64,000 nucleotides of DNA, taken from Azolla caroliniana. Lineage: Eukaryota; Plantae; Polypodiophyta. Positions 13,259-26,418 of this stretch are shown piece after piece. The notes under the pieces were generated by a model. That model worked only from the letters and a program-made list of their open reading frames with translations, had not been told where the DNA came from and made no database searches. The first letter of the stretch is position 1; every line of letters begins with the position of its first letter. The stretch spans positions 20,708,001-20,772,000 of the forward strand of contig JBHGNT010000007.1 in NCBI GenBank assembly GCA_043228905.1, written 5' to 3'. Position numbers and translations under genes: made by a program.

Positions 13259-16200
13259 TGTAGAAAGTAGCGTGCGGAAGCAGGTATGAAGACAAAACAG
13301 AGGAAGGAAACACAGGTTTAATGGAGAGCTTGGACTTAAACGGTATACGCGGGAGAGACAAAGAGAGAGAAAACACAAAAAACTATATTTCACAATAATA
13401 CTCAATCTCTGTACATAAGACGTGCTCAGTGAGCACTTTTATACAAGTCCTAGAAAGACTGACTGAAGTACTGACAGTACTTCAATGCTCATCAAGAGCC
13501 CCTACACTAACTCCCAAATATATTCCTCACGGAATATCTTTCCTAACGACCTAACCGATCGGTCCCAACCGATCCAGTCCTCAGCTTCTTCAGCCGATCC
13601 GGCCGATGTTGAGCTTGTCTCTCAACACTCCCCCTCAAGCTCAACTCGAGGCTCTTCGGGATCCTCGGGCTCACGGCTCCGGTTCCTCCTGGCTTCACGC
13701 CTTGCTCGCGCTCCTCGACCTGTTCGTCTCCGCGCGCTTCGACCCTTCCGGTCGGCTTGTATGCTTATGCGGCCTTTATCAGCTCTTCTATTGTTGCGGT
13801 GTCGACGCTTCTCCTTTTGCCTTTTCTTCCGCTTGGGCCTCGATTGATTCACCGTATCTGAATCAAACATCCGAACCGACTCGGCTACCTCCGATCGGTT
13901 TTCGCTCTCGTCCGAGTTGGCTGTCTCCAACTCGTCTTCGGTTTTCTCGCCCTCGATGGCATCATCTCCCCTATCCGTGTTTGGCTTCGGCTCTCTCCTT
14001 CGGCTGCTCCCCTTCTGTCCTCGGCTTCTTCAGCTGATCCGAAGTCAAACTTGTCAACTGACTCGGTGTCGCGGTCTCCGCTCCTTTCCTGCTGCTTTGC
14101 TTGGTCGTTCGGGACTGTTCTCCCCCTCCAGTTCGGCACGTCAAGGTGACGCAATCCGAGCGCACCTGAGAATTGCCGCAACTTGTCCAGACCAAGAGGC
14201 TTGGTGAAGATGTCGGCAGCCTGCCGATCCGTTGGAACGTACTGAAGTTCGACTTCACCGGAAAGGACACGCTCACGGACGAAATGGTAGTGCACCTCAA
14301 TGTGCTTGGTCTGTGCGTGGAAGACGGGGTTCTTCGCGAGTTGGATGCTGTTGAGGTTGTCGCAGTAGATCGTCCTTGGATCGGACACCTCCTCTTGCAG
14401 GTCCTTAAGTAGCCGCTTCAACCATATGGCTTCGCATGTCGCGACAGCCGCTCCTCAGTACTGTCGGCTGTTTCTTACTGCTCCACGCGATCGCGGCACT
14501 CCCGAGGGAGAACGCGTATCCAGACGTGGATCGGCGATCGGCGGCGTGGCCAGCCCAATCAGCATCGGTGTAGCCGACTGACTGCGCAGCTGCACCGGTC
14601 CGATATAGCAGTCCCCGGTCCTTAGTGCCGTTGACATACCGAAGTATGCGTTGCGCACACTGAAGGTGCTCCTCGGTAGATCGCGCCATGAACTGACTGA
14701 TCACCCCGACCGGATAACTGAGGTCGGGTCGGGTGATGGTCAAGTATATGAGGCTTCCGACAATTTGTCGGAATCTCGTCGGGTTGCATACCTTTCCCGT
14801 ATCGGGACGAAGCTTGATGGTTCTGTCCAGAGGAGTCGAGACGGACTTACAGTCGGCCATCCCGAGTTTGAAGAGCATACTCAGCACGTAATGACGTTGG
14901 CTGATCAATATGCCTTCGGGGGGGTACGGATCACTTCGATCCCGAGGAAGTAATGAAGGTCCCCCAAATCCTTCATGTCGAACAATGCCGCAAGCTGGAG
15001 CTTCACGCGGTCGATTTCACATAGGTCGGCGCCAGTGATGACCAAGTTATCAACATACAGTAAAATACTAACCGGTCCGAGTCGACCTTTTCGGATGAAC
15101 AGGGAAGAGTCCGATTTTTACGTGACGAAGCCCATCCGACGCAGTTGTTGCGTTATCTTCGCGTTCCAGGCACGCGGGGCTTGCTTCAATCCGTAAAGGG
15201 ACTTCTTCAGTCGGCATATTGCCAAGGAGTTCGTTCCAGAGTGAAATCCGGGGGGCTGTACCATGTACACCTGTTCCTCAAGGTCACCTTGCAGGAACGC
15301 ATTCTTTACATCCATCTGATGTAGGTGCCACCCCTTGGCCGTGGCTACTGCAAGCAAAACACGGACGGTCGTCATTTTCGCGACTGGCGCAAACGTCTCA
15401 TCGTAGTCGATGCCATGTTTCTACGCGTAGCCCTTTGCCACTAGCCGAGCCTTGTACCAGTTGACCGAGCCATCGGTGTTTTACTTGACTTTGTACACCC
15501 ATCTACACCCGATCGGTTTTACCCCCTTCGGTGCGTCAACTAGGTCCCAGGTCTCGTTCTCCGCCAATGCGTGCATCTCTTTCTCCATCGCGGCGCGCCA
15601 ATTCGCGTCTTTAGCCGCTTCTGCGTAGCTCTCCGGCTCACACACTTCCGCTACACGGGTTATGTACACATAATGATGCGCCATGTACTCATTGTATCCG
15701 AACCGCACAACTGGGTTCTTCTGGCGGGTAGATCGGCGTAATCTCACATTAGCCGATGTCGAGGCCTTCTCGGTCGACGCGGTCTTCACCTTTAAAGACC
15801 CGTCACCGGTTTCCTCGGAGTCGGACTCGCGTCAGACTGACTCGTTCCTTTCCGTGCCAGAATCCGACACCTTCTTCTTCCCTTTCTCTTTGCGCGTAAG
15901 CCGTCTCCTCGGCTTCCTGCGTGGGGAATGCACGGCTGAGTCTCCACTACTCGCCGGCTCTTCATCGGACTGGTCGTACCGACTTAGTCGTCCAATCGGT
16001 CCACTTAACCGGAGTGAAATCGGACTCTCTTCGCGGGTCTCGATTTCAGGCTCATCCGGAGGCATCTCGGCCTCACTGACCTCATCGTCAGAGCTTGGAT
16101 TGGAGTCGAGGTTCGTAGTCGGGGGCTGGTACCAGGACGCGGACTCGTCAAACACAACGTCGCGGCTGACACGCGCTTGTTTGGTGCGAGGGTTATAACA

Positions 16201-18835
16201 CTTATAACCCTTTTGCTCGTCCGAGTAACCGACCAAGATGCATTTCTCGGCCTTTGCGTCCAGCTTCCTCCTTTTCTCCTTCGGTACATGCACATACGCA
16301 ATGCTACCGAACACCCTCAAGTGTCGCAAGTTCGGCTTCGTTCCAAAATATAGTTCGTGCGCCCACACTTTGTCTCCAATCCGGTTCTGGATGTATACCG
16401 CGGTCCTTACTGCCTCAGCCCAGTAGAACTTGGGCAAGCTCTTCTCCTCCAGCATTGCCCGTGCCGCTTCCACAATCGACCGATTCTTCCTCTCGGCCAC
16501 GCCATTCTGCTCTGGCGTGTATCTACAACTGAATTCGCACCGAATTCCCATTTGTTGTAGATAATCGTTGAATTGATCGGAAAAGTACTCTTTCCCGCCA
16601 TTCGACCGCAGACACTTGATCTTCCATCCCGTTTCGGATTCCACGAACCCTTTGAGGTCCCGGAAATAGTCGAAGACTTCGCTCTTCCTCTCAATGAGGT
16701 AGATCCACGTGTGCCGCGTGTGGTCGTCGATGAAGGAGAGGAAATATCGGCTCCCGCCAAGACTAACGTTTTGTGCCGGCCCCCATACATCGGAGTGTAT
16801 AAGGTTGAGCTTGTTCCGGCTCCGGTTTCGCTTGTTGGGGAAGGGAAGTCGGTGTTGCTTCCCGAGCTGGCAGGCTTCACAAATTTGTGCCTTCCGGCCA
16901 CTAAATTTGGGCAATTCGAACACTACCTGTTTCGTTTGCAGATCTTGAAGCCGCTGGTAGTTGATGTGGCCTATCCGCTTGTGCCATAAGTCGATGTCTG
17001 ACTCGGTCTTTTGTCCCTTCGCGAACATTGCGGTGCCGCTGTCAGTGGAGTCGAGGATGAAGATCCTCCCGTCTTTGCGCCCTTGCGCAATCACACGGCC
17101 TTCTTCCTCAATGAAGCACCCGAGGTGTGTAAACCGAACCTCCATCCCTTGGTCGACGATCTGTCCGACCGAGACCAAGTTCTTCGTGATTGTCGGAACG
17201 TGCAACACGTTCTTGAGTTTCCCTTTCTGCCCGACATGGCTAAGGGGAACTTCTCCGACATTCGCGATCGGATGCGGAGTGTCGTCTCTTGTTGCGACTA
17301 CTCTAGGTTGTATCGGTTTTTCAAGGTACGAGAACCACTCCTTATGGCTCGTCATGTGGTTTGACGCGCCGGAGTCTACGTACCACACCTCGTCCGATCT
17401 CAGGGTGCCTTGTTTCATTGAGTTTGCTTCGTGTCTCGTCACGAAGACAGACCCTTCTCCAGCTCTCCCGGAGTCTTTGGCGTAGTGCGATCGCTGCCGA
17501 TTTCCCTTGTCGGTATGTCTGGAGCCGTTCCCGGAACAAGTTCTCTCCGAATCGGCGCGCTTCTTCTAGCACTCACTTTCCTTGTGGCCTTTCTTGCCAC
17601 AGTACCAGCACTCCGCGATGGCCTTCCCTTGCCGGTTCTCATCGCTTCGACTCCCCCTGTTTCCGGAGGGTTCGGAGTTGTTGTTGGCATCACATTAGTG
17701 CCTTCTTCCTTGATCTCGTCGGCTGCTTCCATTGCGTACGGACTCGCCTTGTCCTCCACGACCACGGGGCCTTTCTCCCTCCGTGTACAACATCTTGCTG
17801 TCGGTGTGCGTGCTTTTCGACGCACCCGCGTGGTTCTCCTCTACTAGGAGCATCGACTGTAAGTTGAAAAAGGACGGCGTATTCTCCCGGGTACACACAA
17901 CCGTTCGGAACGCTCCGAACTTCGACGCCAAACCTCCGAGACAGATCTGGACCATCTCGCTCTCCTCGATGTTCACCTCTATGGAGGCGAGGGAGTCGTT
18001 GATATCCTTGATCTTCGAGGTATAGTCCGCCACCGACAAGTCGCGTTGTCGTAGGTTGCTCAACTCCTGTCGGAGCTGAAGCTTCCTGGCTGTGGTGCTC
18101 GTGGCGAAAATCTTCTTCAGATTTTCCCACGCACCCTTCAGCGTCTTTGCATCCCGAACATAGCTCAATAGATGTTCGCCCACACACGATGTGAAGCAGT
18201 ATAGTACCCTACTCGCTGATTGCTCCCATGACGGAAAGTCTCTGTGTGTAGATTCGGGTGCCGCGTCATTAGCTCCTTCGACATAACTCCAGTAGCCATG
18301 CCCGAGCAGGTTATGGTGCATCTTGTAGGACCAAGACGCGTAGTTGGTTCTGTCGAGCTTCTCTGTTGGAAGCGAGCTCGCCATGCCTCTATCCATCGTT
18401 CTTCTTGTTCTTCTTCGTCAAGCTGTGTCGGCTGCAGAGAGGTTCTCAACCCTCGCGCTCTGATACCATGTAGAAAGTAGCGTGCGGAAGCAGGTATGAA
18501 GACAGAACAGAGGAAGGAAACACAGGTTTAATGGAGAGCTTGGACTTACACAGTATACGCGGGAGAGACAGAGAGAGAAAACACAAAAAACTATATTTCA
18601 CAATAATACTCAATCTTTGTACATAAGACGTGCTCAGTGAGCACTTTTATACAAGTCCTGGAAGGACTGACCGAAGTACTGACAGTACTTCAATGCTCAT
18701 CAAGAGCCCCTACACTAACTCCCAAATATATTCTTCACGGAATATCTTTCCTAACGACCTAACCGATCGGTACCAACCGATCCGGTCCTCGGCTTCTTCA
18801 GCTGATCCGGCCGATGTTGAGCTTGTCTCTCAACA
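13259..18835 (-). mobile_element. Ty1/copia family A element 2, full length with both LTRs
   Basis: LTRs 13259-13627 and 18469-18835 (TG..CA; about 12 substitutions plus 1 indel). TSD ATAGA at 13254-13258 and 18836-18840. PBS 18457-18468; PPT 13628-13639. Confidence 0.97.
13885..18396 (-). pseudogene. Copia gag-pol of element 2 (frameshifts and stops)
   Basis: gag 17695-18396; PR WYVDSGAS; INT LWHKRIGH..CEAC, HSDVWG, NGVAER; [11 protein letters not shown]; RH YTDADWAG, ADIFTK. Confidence 0.95.
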
Positions 18836-19610
18836 ATAGAGAAGGGAGTGGAAGAGACCAGAAAGCTAGGTCGGATGAAGAGTTCGACTTGGGGTCGGCT
18901 GAGGAAGCCATAGATGGATACAGGGGGAGCTGAAGGGGCGAGCTGGAGCCAAAGCCAACCGAACAAGGGAGAGGTAAAGCCAAGAAGGCCAAGAACCCGA
19001 CATGGTCTAATGTGATAAAGGGCTTGGAGGATGAGGATGAATTGGAGGAACTAGTGAAGCCAAGAATAAGTTCTCTTCCTTATTATATAGCTTTCAAGAG
19101 ATCTCTCGCAAGATGTTATCTTCCTTTTCTTGTTTAAGTAGGTATTGAACATTCGATCACATTCTTTCTTATCCTCACTTAGGCATTATTATGTTCTTTT
19201 TGTTTAAATATGGATTGAACCATCAACCCAATTGTTCTATTGCTTAGCTCTTCCCATTTAATCTAAACATTGTGTTTCAACTTGTTTTCAAAATCGTTTA
19301 CTCATCATATCGAGCTAAATTTCAACCTATTGTAAAACATTTCAGCATTTTTCTCCCATTGGACATGCCATCACAACATCCGCACCCCCCAAACCATCAC
19401 ATCTTCGGGTATGTGCCAAAAGATAGTGTGAGCAAACTTGTTGTGACACGTGTTTTATTCTTTCACTTCGCCTTCATTTTCGTTCATCACCCTATTTGAA
19501 ACAAATTTGAGGCTTAGGTTTGTAGATTAATTGGCACTCATCAAGCTACCAATATATTTATCACCAAGAACATCTACATCATTCATCCTTTGGTTGGCCA
19601 TGGATTTATC

Positions 19611-19646
19611 TCTTCTTCTTCTTCTTCTTCTTCTTCTTCTTCTTCC
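19611..19646. repeat. (TTC)n microsatellite
   Basis: Direct read. Confidence 0.9.
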
Positions 19647-20485
19647 TTTTGCATTTGGTCTACCTCGCTTCATCCTTCATGTATTTATCTAATCTCTCCA
19701 CATCATCTTCATCTTTCTCTTCAACCATATTGTGGCTTGGGCTTGAAGCTTCAATGATGGGATCTGTGCCATTAATTAATTGAATTATCCCAACTTATTG
19801 GTGTCTAAATCTAAAGATGTGGTGATGAATCAACCCCATCTTGTTCCTCTTCCTTGGATATTTTTCATCCTTTCATTTTTCAAGTTCATTGGCCTTATAT
19901 TCAATGACCTTCTTCTGTATTAAGGTATTGGGCAAAGTGGCTTCAGGGAAACTTTGTCATTTCTTAGGCTCATCTTAAATATTCCCTATTCAAATGACTT
20001 CACCACTTCATATGAATAAACAAGTTACCGTGAAGCTTGGGGACAAATATTTGGAGGTGGCATTTGTGCCATCATCTAGACAATCTCTGATCTTCTCATT
20101 TCCATTATCAAGTATAATGTCGCTTCAGGTTCGAAGGTTTGGAGATGCTCATTGTCACATTTTCTAGGTTGTCCCCAAACTTCATATTGTTTTTTTAGCA
20201 TGATGTAGCCTAGATTCAAAATTCTAGATATGCTTGTCATCAATAGATGGACCATTCATAGGTATATTTTGTTTACCCGCTTTCTTTTCTTTAATCCATG
20301 TAGTATTGGCCACTTGATGATCACATGAAAAGGGATGTGTGACACCCCTTCTCCTTTGGTCTTTTCTTCATGTCCTACGTAGACCTTTGTATTCCCCACC
20401 TCCATCCCTTTTTTGTTCTCTTCATTGGCCATAGTTGCTGAAAAGGTGGTATGTTCCACATCTCTTTGTTCACCCTAGTATGAAC

Positions 20486-20600
20486 ATATGCAAGTTATGC
20501 AATGGAAACCTAATGGAGGATGAACATCACTTACTTGTCATATGTCTTAACATAAGGTGCTTTGCGAGAAGCATAATCACTTAATACAAGGGCATGATAT
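20486..20600 (+). mobile_element. Short LINE 3' remnant (CCHC finger)
   Basis: Translates ICKLCNGNLMEDEHHLLVIC, the same finger type as the element at 1-1388. Confidence 0.55.
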
Positions 20601-20658
20601 TGTAAGGCATGATATTCTTAGGAAGGAATCACATTATTGTGACGTGGTGGGTCTTATG

Positions 20659-23600
20659 TGTTGGGATTTCGGTCCCTCCGGATGGGATCTTGAGAACCGG
20701 ATATAGAAGACCCGGTGAGAACCGGATGTAGAAGACATATCTGTAAATATGTTTCTGAGTAAGCCCATTGAGGCTATATTTGTAAATAGCCCTAAGTTCA
20801 TATAAGTATAAATATGACTTAGGGCAATCACTTTGTATGTGATATTATTGTTGTTGTAGCTGTTGTACAGAAGAGAGCGACAGAGAGGGAGAGAGAGATA
20901 CAGAGAAATACTTTGTTGTAACCACCGGTTGGCGAAGAAGTAGAGCTCGAGGTCATTGCCTACGAGTCTCTGATTGTACCCCTTATCTTCATAGTGATAG
21001 TTCGGAGTCTGTGGGCTCCCGTGGTTTTTCCCTATTCAGGTTTTCCACGTAAAAATCTTGTGTTCACTCTTTATTTCCCATTTCTGTGTTTCATTCCGAG
21101 AGAGAAGTGTTCAAGTCTCGGTTGTGGCTGAGCAAGATTCCGAGCTATTCTCATCAATCTGGTATCAAAGCGAGCAACACAGGAAATGGAAGAATTGTTC
21201 GGCGGCATGTTCAAGCTTACCGGCTCCAACTACTCAGTGTGGTGGTTGAAGATGAGGGACATGCTGGTTGTTAAAAGATCTTTGGTTGGCGGTTCAGTTC
21301 AAGGTCAAAAGACTGGATAAGATCGACACCACAGTGTGGGAGGTGATGCACATGAAGACGACGACATACATTCGGTGCTTCATCGACATGAGCCTATACA
21401 ACAATTTCAATGAAGAGAGAAAGGCTCATGAACTCTGGGAGAAGATCGGCATCATGTTCCAAAACAAGAATGCCGTTAATCGGGTTTCAGTATTCCGGAA
21501 GCTAGTGAGGCTCCGATACCAGGACGGCTCGAGTATGGCGGAGCACATGAATGCCTTCTAGGAGATGATACATCAGGAAACCTCGTTGGAAGTACCTCTA
21601 CTCATGCTCGGTTTCCTCCCGGATAACTGGGAGACGTTAGTTGTCACGTTGGGCAATGTCGGGCCAGAAGGAAAACAGCTAACCCTAGCAAGAGTCAAGT
21701 GGAGCTTGCTAGATGAGGAGGCACGTCAGAAAGACAAGGAGGTGATCTCCGACGCCAAAGCCCTCCCTACCGAACCGGAATGCAAAAGACAAAGGAATCG
21801 GAGTCCCCAGAACCGGGAAAAGTCGGGGACACGGTCAAAGTCAAGGGGGAGGCCCACTTGCTTCTATTGCGGCAAGTCGGGGCACTTCGAGAAAAACTGT
21901 TGGCATTTCCAGAAAGACAAGGGAACCGACAGTACCGATTCAAAGAAGTCACTGGACCGAAACGGTTTCGATCGGCAAGGCTCGGACCGGAAGGGAACGA
22001 CGGTGATCGCAGCAAGTGAAGAGGAACTAATGCTCATCATCGAGGAGAGTGAGTTGAACCTTGCTGGCGATGACACAACGTGGGTTGTCGATTCCATAGT
22101 GTCGTTCCACCTTACCCCGGACCAAAAATGCTTCTCATCCTACACATCCGGTGAGCACGGTTGTGTCCGGATGGGGAATAAAGGTACATGCCGAATTGTC
22201 AGCATAGGAGACGTGTGGTTGACGACACCAACCGGATGCAAGTTGTTGTTGTAGGATGTCCGACATGTTCCAGAGGTTCGACTGAACCTAATATCAACCG
22301 TTCGGTTAGATGATGAAGGCTACAAGGGTAGCATCCAGAATGGAGTCATGAAGTTCAGCAAGGGGAGCCTAATAGTGGCTCGGGCCCAAAAAGTCAACAC
22401 ATTGTACCTGATGAACGCCCAGTTATGCCGGGAAGAAGAAGCGAACGTTGCTTCCGACACTGTGGGTGAGCTGTGGCACAAAAGACTATGTCACGTGAGT
22501 GAGAAGGGGATGAAGAGACTTGTTGAAAACAACCTCATTCTGGTGAAGGATGTGCAACTTGAGAAGTGCACCGATTGCCTGGCCGGTAAGAAAAACCAAA
22601 CCTCCTTTCGGTCAAGACCACCGATAAGATGGAATGCACCATTGGAGCTGGTGCATACTGATGTGTGTCAAGTGGACACGAAGTCACATGCCAGAGCACA
22701 ATACTTCGTGACGTTCATAGATGACCACAACCGGAAGTTGTGGGTCTCATCATTGAAGACGAAGGATGATGTGCTATCCATCTTCAAGGAGCTCCACGCG
22801 AGAATGGAAAGACAAACCGTCCAGAAGCTTAAGGCCATTCGAGCAGATAACAGAGGAGAATATCAGGGGCAGTTCGAGGAGTAATGCCGGTTGAAGGGAA
22901 TCTGGCTCGAATTTACCGTGTCGAAGATGCCGGAACTAAACGGGCTGGCCAAATGGATGAACTGGACCATAATGGAGAGAGTCTGGAGCATGCTAGCACA
23001 TGCCAAGTTACCCAAGACATTTTGGGCTGAGGCGCTAATCTATGTGGTAAACAGATCACCCTCAATACCCTTGGGAGAAGACTCACCTCAGAAGGTATGG
23101 ACCGGCAAATATGTATCTTACCGGAATCTAAAGGTGTTCGGGTGTCTCGCAAACGTGCATGTGGCGAAGGACAAGAGAGCAAAGCTGGATCCAAATTCCC
23201 GGCCATGCATATTCCTTGGATACATCGATGATGAGTTCGGTTACCGGGTGTGGGATCTGGTCGACAAGAAGGTGTTCCAGAGTTGGGACATAGTGTTCAT
23301 GGAAGACATGACCATTGCCGACTGGGAGTCGGAGAAGAAGATGACCAACTCCGGATCATCCAATGAAAACCGGCCTAAGGACACAAGGACCTACCCGGTT
23401 GAAAGTCGGATGCTAGCAGGTAACCAGATGACACTTGAAGAACCAGTCGGATACGGACAGGAAACCAAACTGACCGAAGAAGAAGAAGAAGAAGACACCA
23501 GAACCAGACAAGATCCTGAATCGGATTCAGATGAGGAACAAACAGAGGAACCGGTAGTCAGAAACCAAGGACGGAGATATCCTCTCAGAGAGAGAAGAGC

Positions 23601-25300
23601 CCCCCGGAGATTACCAGATGCAGAGCATGTGTTGCTAACTATTGAGGGGGAGCCAGAAAGCTTCGAAGAAGCAAAGAGGAACACCCACAACCATAAGTGG
23701 TTGAGTGCCATGCAGGATGAGATGGATTCCCTTCATGAGAACCACACATATGAACTGATGGAGTTGCTGAAAGGGCAGAGAGCACTCCGGAACAAGTGGG
23801 TGTACAAGTTGAAACCGGGAGATGCCAAAAATCCACCCAGGTATAAGGCCCGAATCGTGGTGAAGGGCTTCCAGCAGAAGAAAGGACTGGATTTCGATGA
23901 GATCTTTACCCCAGTAGTGAAGATGACATCCATCCGGACGGTATTGGGCATAGCGGCAAGCATGGACCTTGAGGTAGAGCAACTGGACGTGAAGACGACA
24001 TTCCTCTATGGTGACCTCAAAGAGGAGATCTACATGCGTGAACCGGAAGGATTTGAGAAAAAAGGGAAGGAGCACCTGGTGTGCCGGCTGAAGAAGAGCT
24101 TATACGGACTGAAGCAAGCTCCCCGGCAATGGTATCAGAAGTTCGATTCCTTCATGACCGATCAAGGGTACCACAATACGTTGGCCAATCACTGTGTGTT
24201 TGTGAAGAAATTCGACGGAGGAGACTTCCTGATACTCCTCCTATATGTGGATGATATGTTGATCATCAGACAAGACCAAGGCAAGATTCGGATGTTGAAG
24301 AAGGCCTTGGACCAGACCTTCTCAATGAAAGACTTGGGTACGGCAAGACAGATATTGGGGATGCACATCATCCGGGACCGGTCGAAGAAGCTATTGTGGC
24401 TGTCACAGGAAAAGTACGTGACGAAGGTTGTAGAAGATGGTTGCATTGTCAACCACGGAGGCAGAGTACATGGCAGTTGTGGAAGCCGGCAAGGAAATAA
24501 TCTAGATGAAGGACTTCATGGGTGAGCTAGGGATCTGACAGGAGGAATATCGGCTCTATTGCGACAGTTAGAGTACCATCCACCTTGCAAAGAACGCGGC
24601 CTGCCATTCCCAGAGGAAACATATCCAACGGAGGTACCATTGGATCCAAGAAAGAGTAGAAGATCAAGAGTTCGTGCTGACAAAAATCCACACGGAGGAG
24701 AACGGGTCAGACATGTTGACCAAAGTGCTGGCACCCGACAAGCTGGATGCATGCCGGACGCGGATCGGGCTGATGAAACATCCCATGCCAGAGTGAAGGG
24801 GGAGATTGTTGGGATTTTGGTCCCTCCGGATGGGATCTTGAGAACCGGATATAGCAGACCCGGTGAGAACCGGATGTAGAAGACATATCGGTAAATATGT
24901 TTCTGAGTAAGCCCATTGAGGCTATATTTGTAAATAGCCCTAAGTTCATATAAGTATAAATATGACTTAGGGCAATCACTTTGTATGTGGTATTATTGTT
25001 GTTGTAACTGTTGTACAGAAGAGAGCGATAGAAAGGGAGAGAGTGATACAGAGAAATACTCTGTTGTAACCGCCAGTTGGCGAAGAAACAGAGCTCGAGA
25101 TCACCTACGAGTCTCTGATTGTACCCCTTATCTTTATAGTCATAGTTCGGAGTGTGTGGGCTCCCGTGGTTTTTCCCTATTCGGGTTTTCCACATAAAAT
25201 CTTGTGTTCACTCTTTATTTCCCATTTCTGTGTTTCATTCCGAGAGAGAAGTGTTCAAGTCTTGGTTGTGGCTGAGCAATATTCCGCGCTATTCTCATCA
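20659..25300 (+). mobile_element. Ty1/copia family B (Tnt1/Tork-like) element 3, internally deleted
   Basis: LTRs 20659-21156 and 24807-25300 (about 22 substitutions, 2 indels). TSD TTATG at 20654-20658 and 25301-25305. PBS 21160-21171; PPT before 24807. gag CFYCGKSGH, INT, and RT YVDD. About 420 bp of RT-RH is missing at about 24429. Confidence 0.96.
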
Positions 25301-25579
25301 TTATGATAGAAATAGGGAACCTAGGGAGATGTTACATTAGAATCTAAAAAGTAGAGTAAAAGGGGGAAATAAAGAACTATAAGTTTAGCCTAAGGGGAAA
25401 ACATTTGATTTACAACATTATTGAGGGAATTCGTGGGAGGGGTCAAGAGGATGAGAAAGCCAAACATACAAGCCACCAAATGAGCCCGCACATGAATACG
25501 CAAGATGAACCCATGATATGTGCCAAATGACAAGCCACAAGAGGAGTCCACTTGTGAAGTCATGACAGAATCGTTATAC

Positions 25580-26418
25580 AACCACATGATGACAACACAC
25601 TACCCGAAGCCAATACACCACATGAGGGCAACACATGATCACAAGGCAACACACCACATAAGGAGAACACACTACACTCGAAGGCAACTAGCAATTGGCA
25701 ACCGTTCGATTTAAACAGAACAAAACTACAAAACTACAACTTAACGGCTTAACAATTTAAATGGTTTAGCTCGGTTCAGTTTAGTTCAAGTTCAAGTTTT
25801 TGTAAATTATTCAGTTTGGGTTTGGTTTGGTTTGGGGGTCAACAATTTGGTTTGAACTTGTTTTGGTTTTTCGTTTGAAACCGTGGTTTAAATGATTTAA
25901 ACAGTTTAGACTTCATACTTGATTATTAATTTATTTTCTTTATTACTTTTTTGAGCAAATTTTTAATTTTGATGTTTAATTATGGCATTTTAGGAAAAAA
26001 TGTTTACAATTTTGAATTTTGAGAAAATTAAAATTGGAAAATTGAAAATTGAAAATTGAACTATTTTAAATTGATTTTGGAATATTAATCTTTACCTAAC
26101 TTGAAAACCGAAACCGAGCCGCAAAACCACGATTTGAAGGATTTGAAAATCTCTAAAATTGTTTGGTTTGAGCTTATAGTTTTTGTCATAGATCAATTTT
26201 AAATGGTTTGAGTTTGACACCCTCAAACCAAACCGAATCATTGTCAATTGCGAAACACAACATACCACATGAGGACAACAACACACCGCATGATGGCAAC
26301 ACACCACCTGAAATCAACACACCACACAAGACCAACACACAGTTCACCAGGCAACTCACCACACTAAAGCAACACACCACATTGGAGCAACATGCTACAC
26401 ATGAGCAACACACAGCAA
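25580..26418. repeat. Degenerate 18-21 bp minisatellite (GCAACACACCACATGA-like), split by a MITE
   Basis: Units on both sides of 25689-26253. Confidence 0.65.
25689..26253. mobile_element. hAT-type MITE
   Basis: TIRs TAGCAATTGGCAA / TTGTCAATTGCGA, subterminal AAACCG/CGGTTT-like motifs and an AT-rich core. Degenerate 8-bp TSD AAGGCAAC / AACACAAC. Confidence 0.7.

Larger units (their letters stand above)
6100..19050 (+). mobile_element. Ty1/copia family A element 1 (old; no 3' LTR found), host to two nested insertions
   Basis: 5' LTR 6100-6503 and PBS TGGTATCAGAGC 6504-6515. gag MDKSMGSSLPTEKLDR from 6603; PR/INT/RT/RH remnants 10099-13250. 3' region resumes at 18841-19050. Many stops. Confidence 0.9.

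Noticed and set aside
19280-20460. Possible ancient gag remnant on the minus strand (EHLQTFE-like)
   Set aside because: Too degenerate; no LTR, PBS or continuous motif to support a call.
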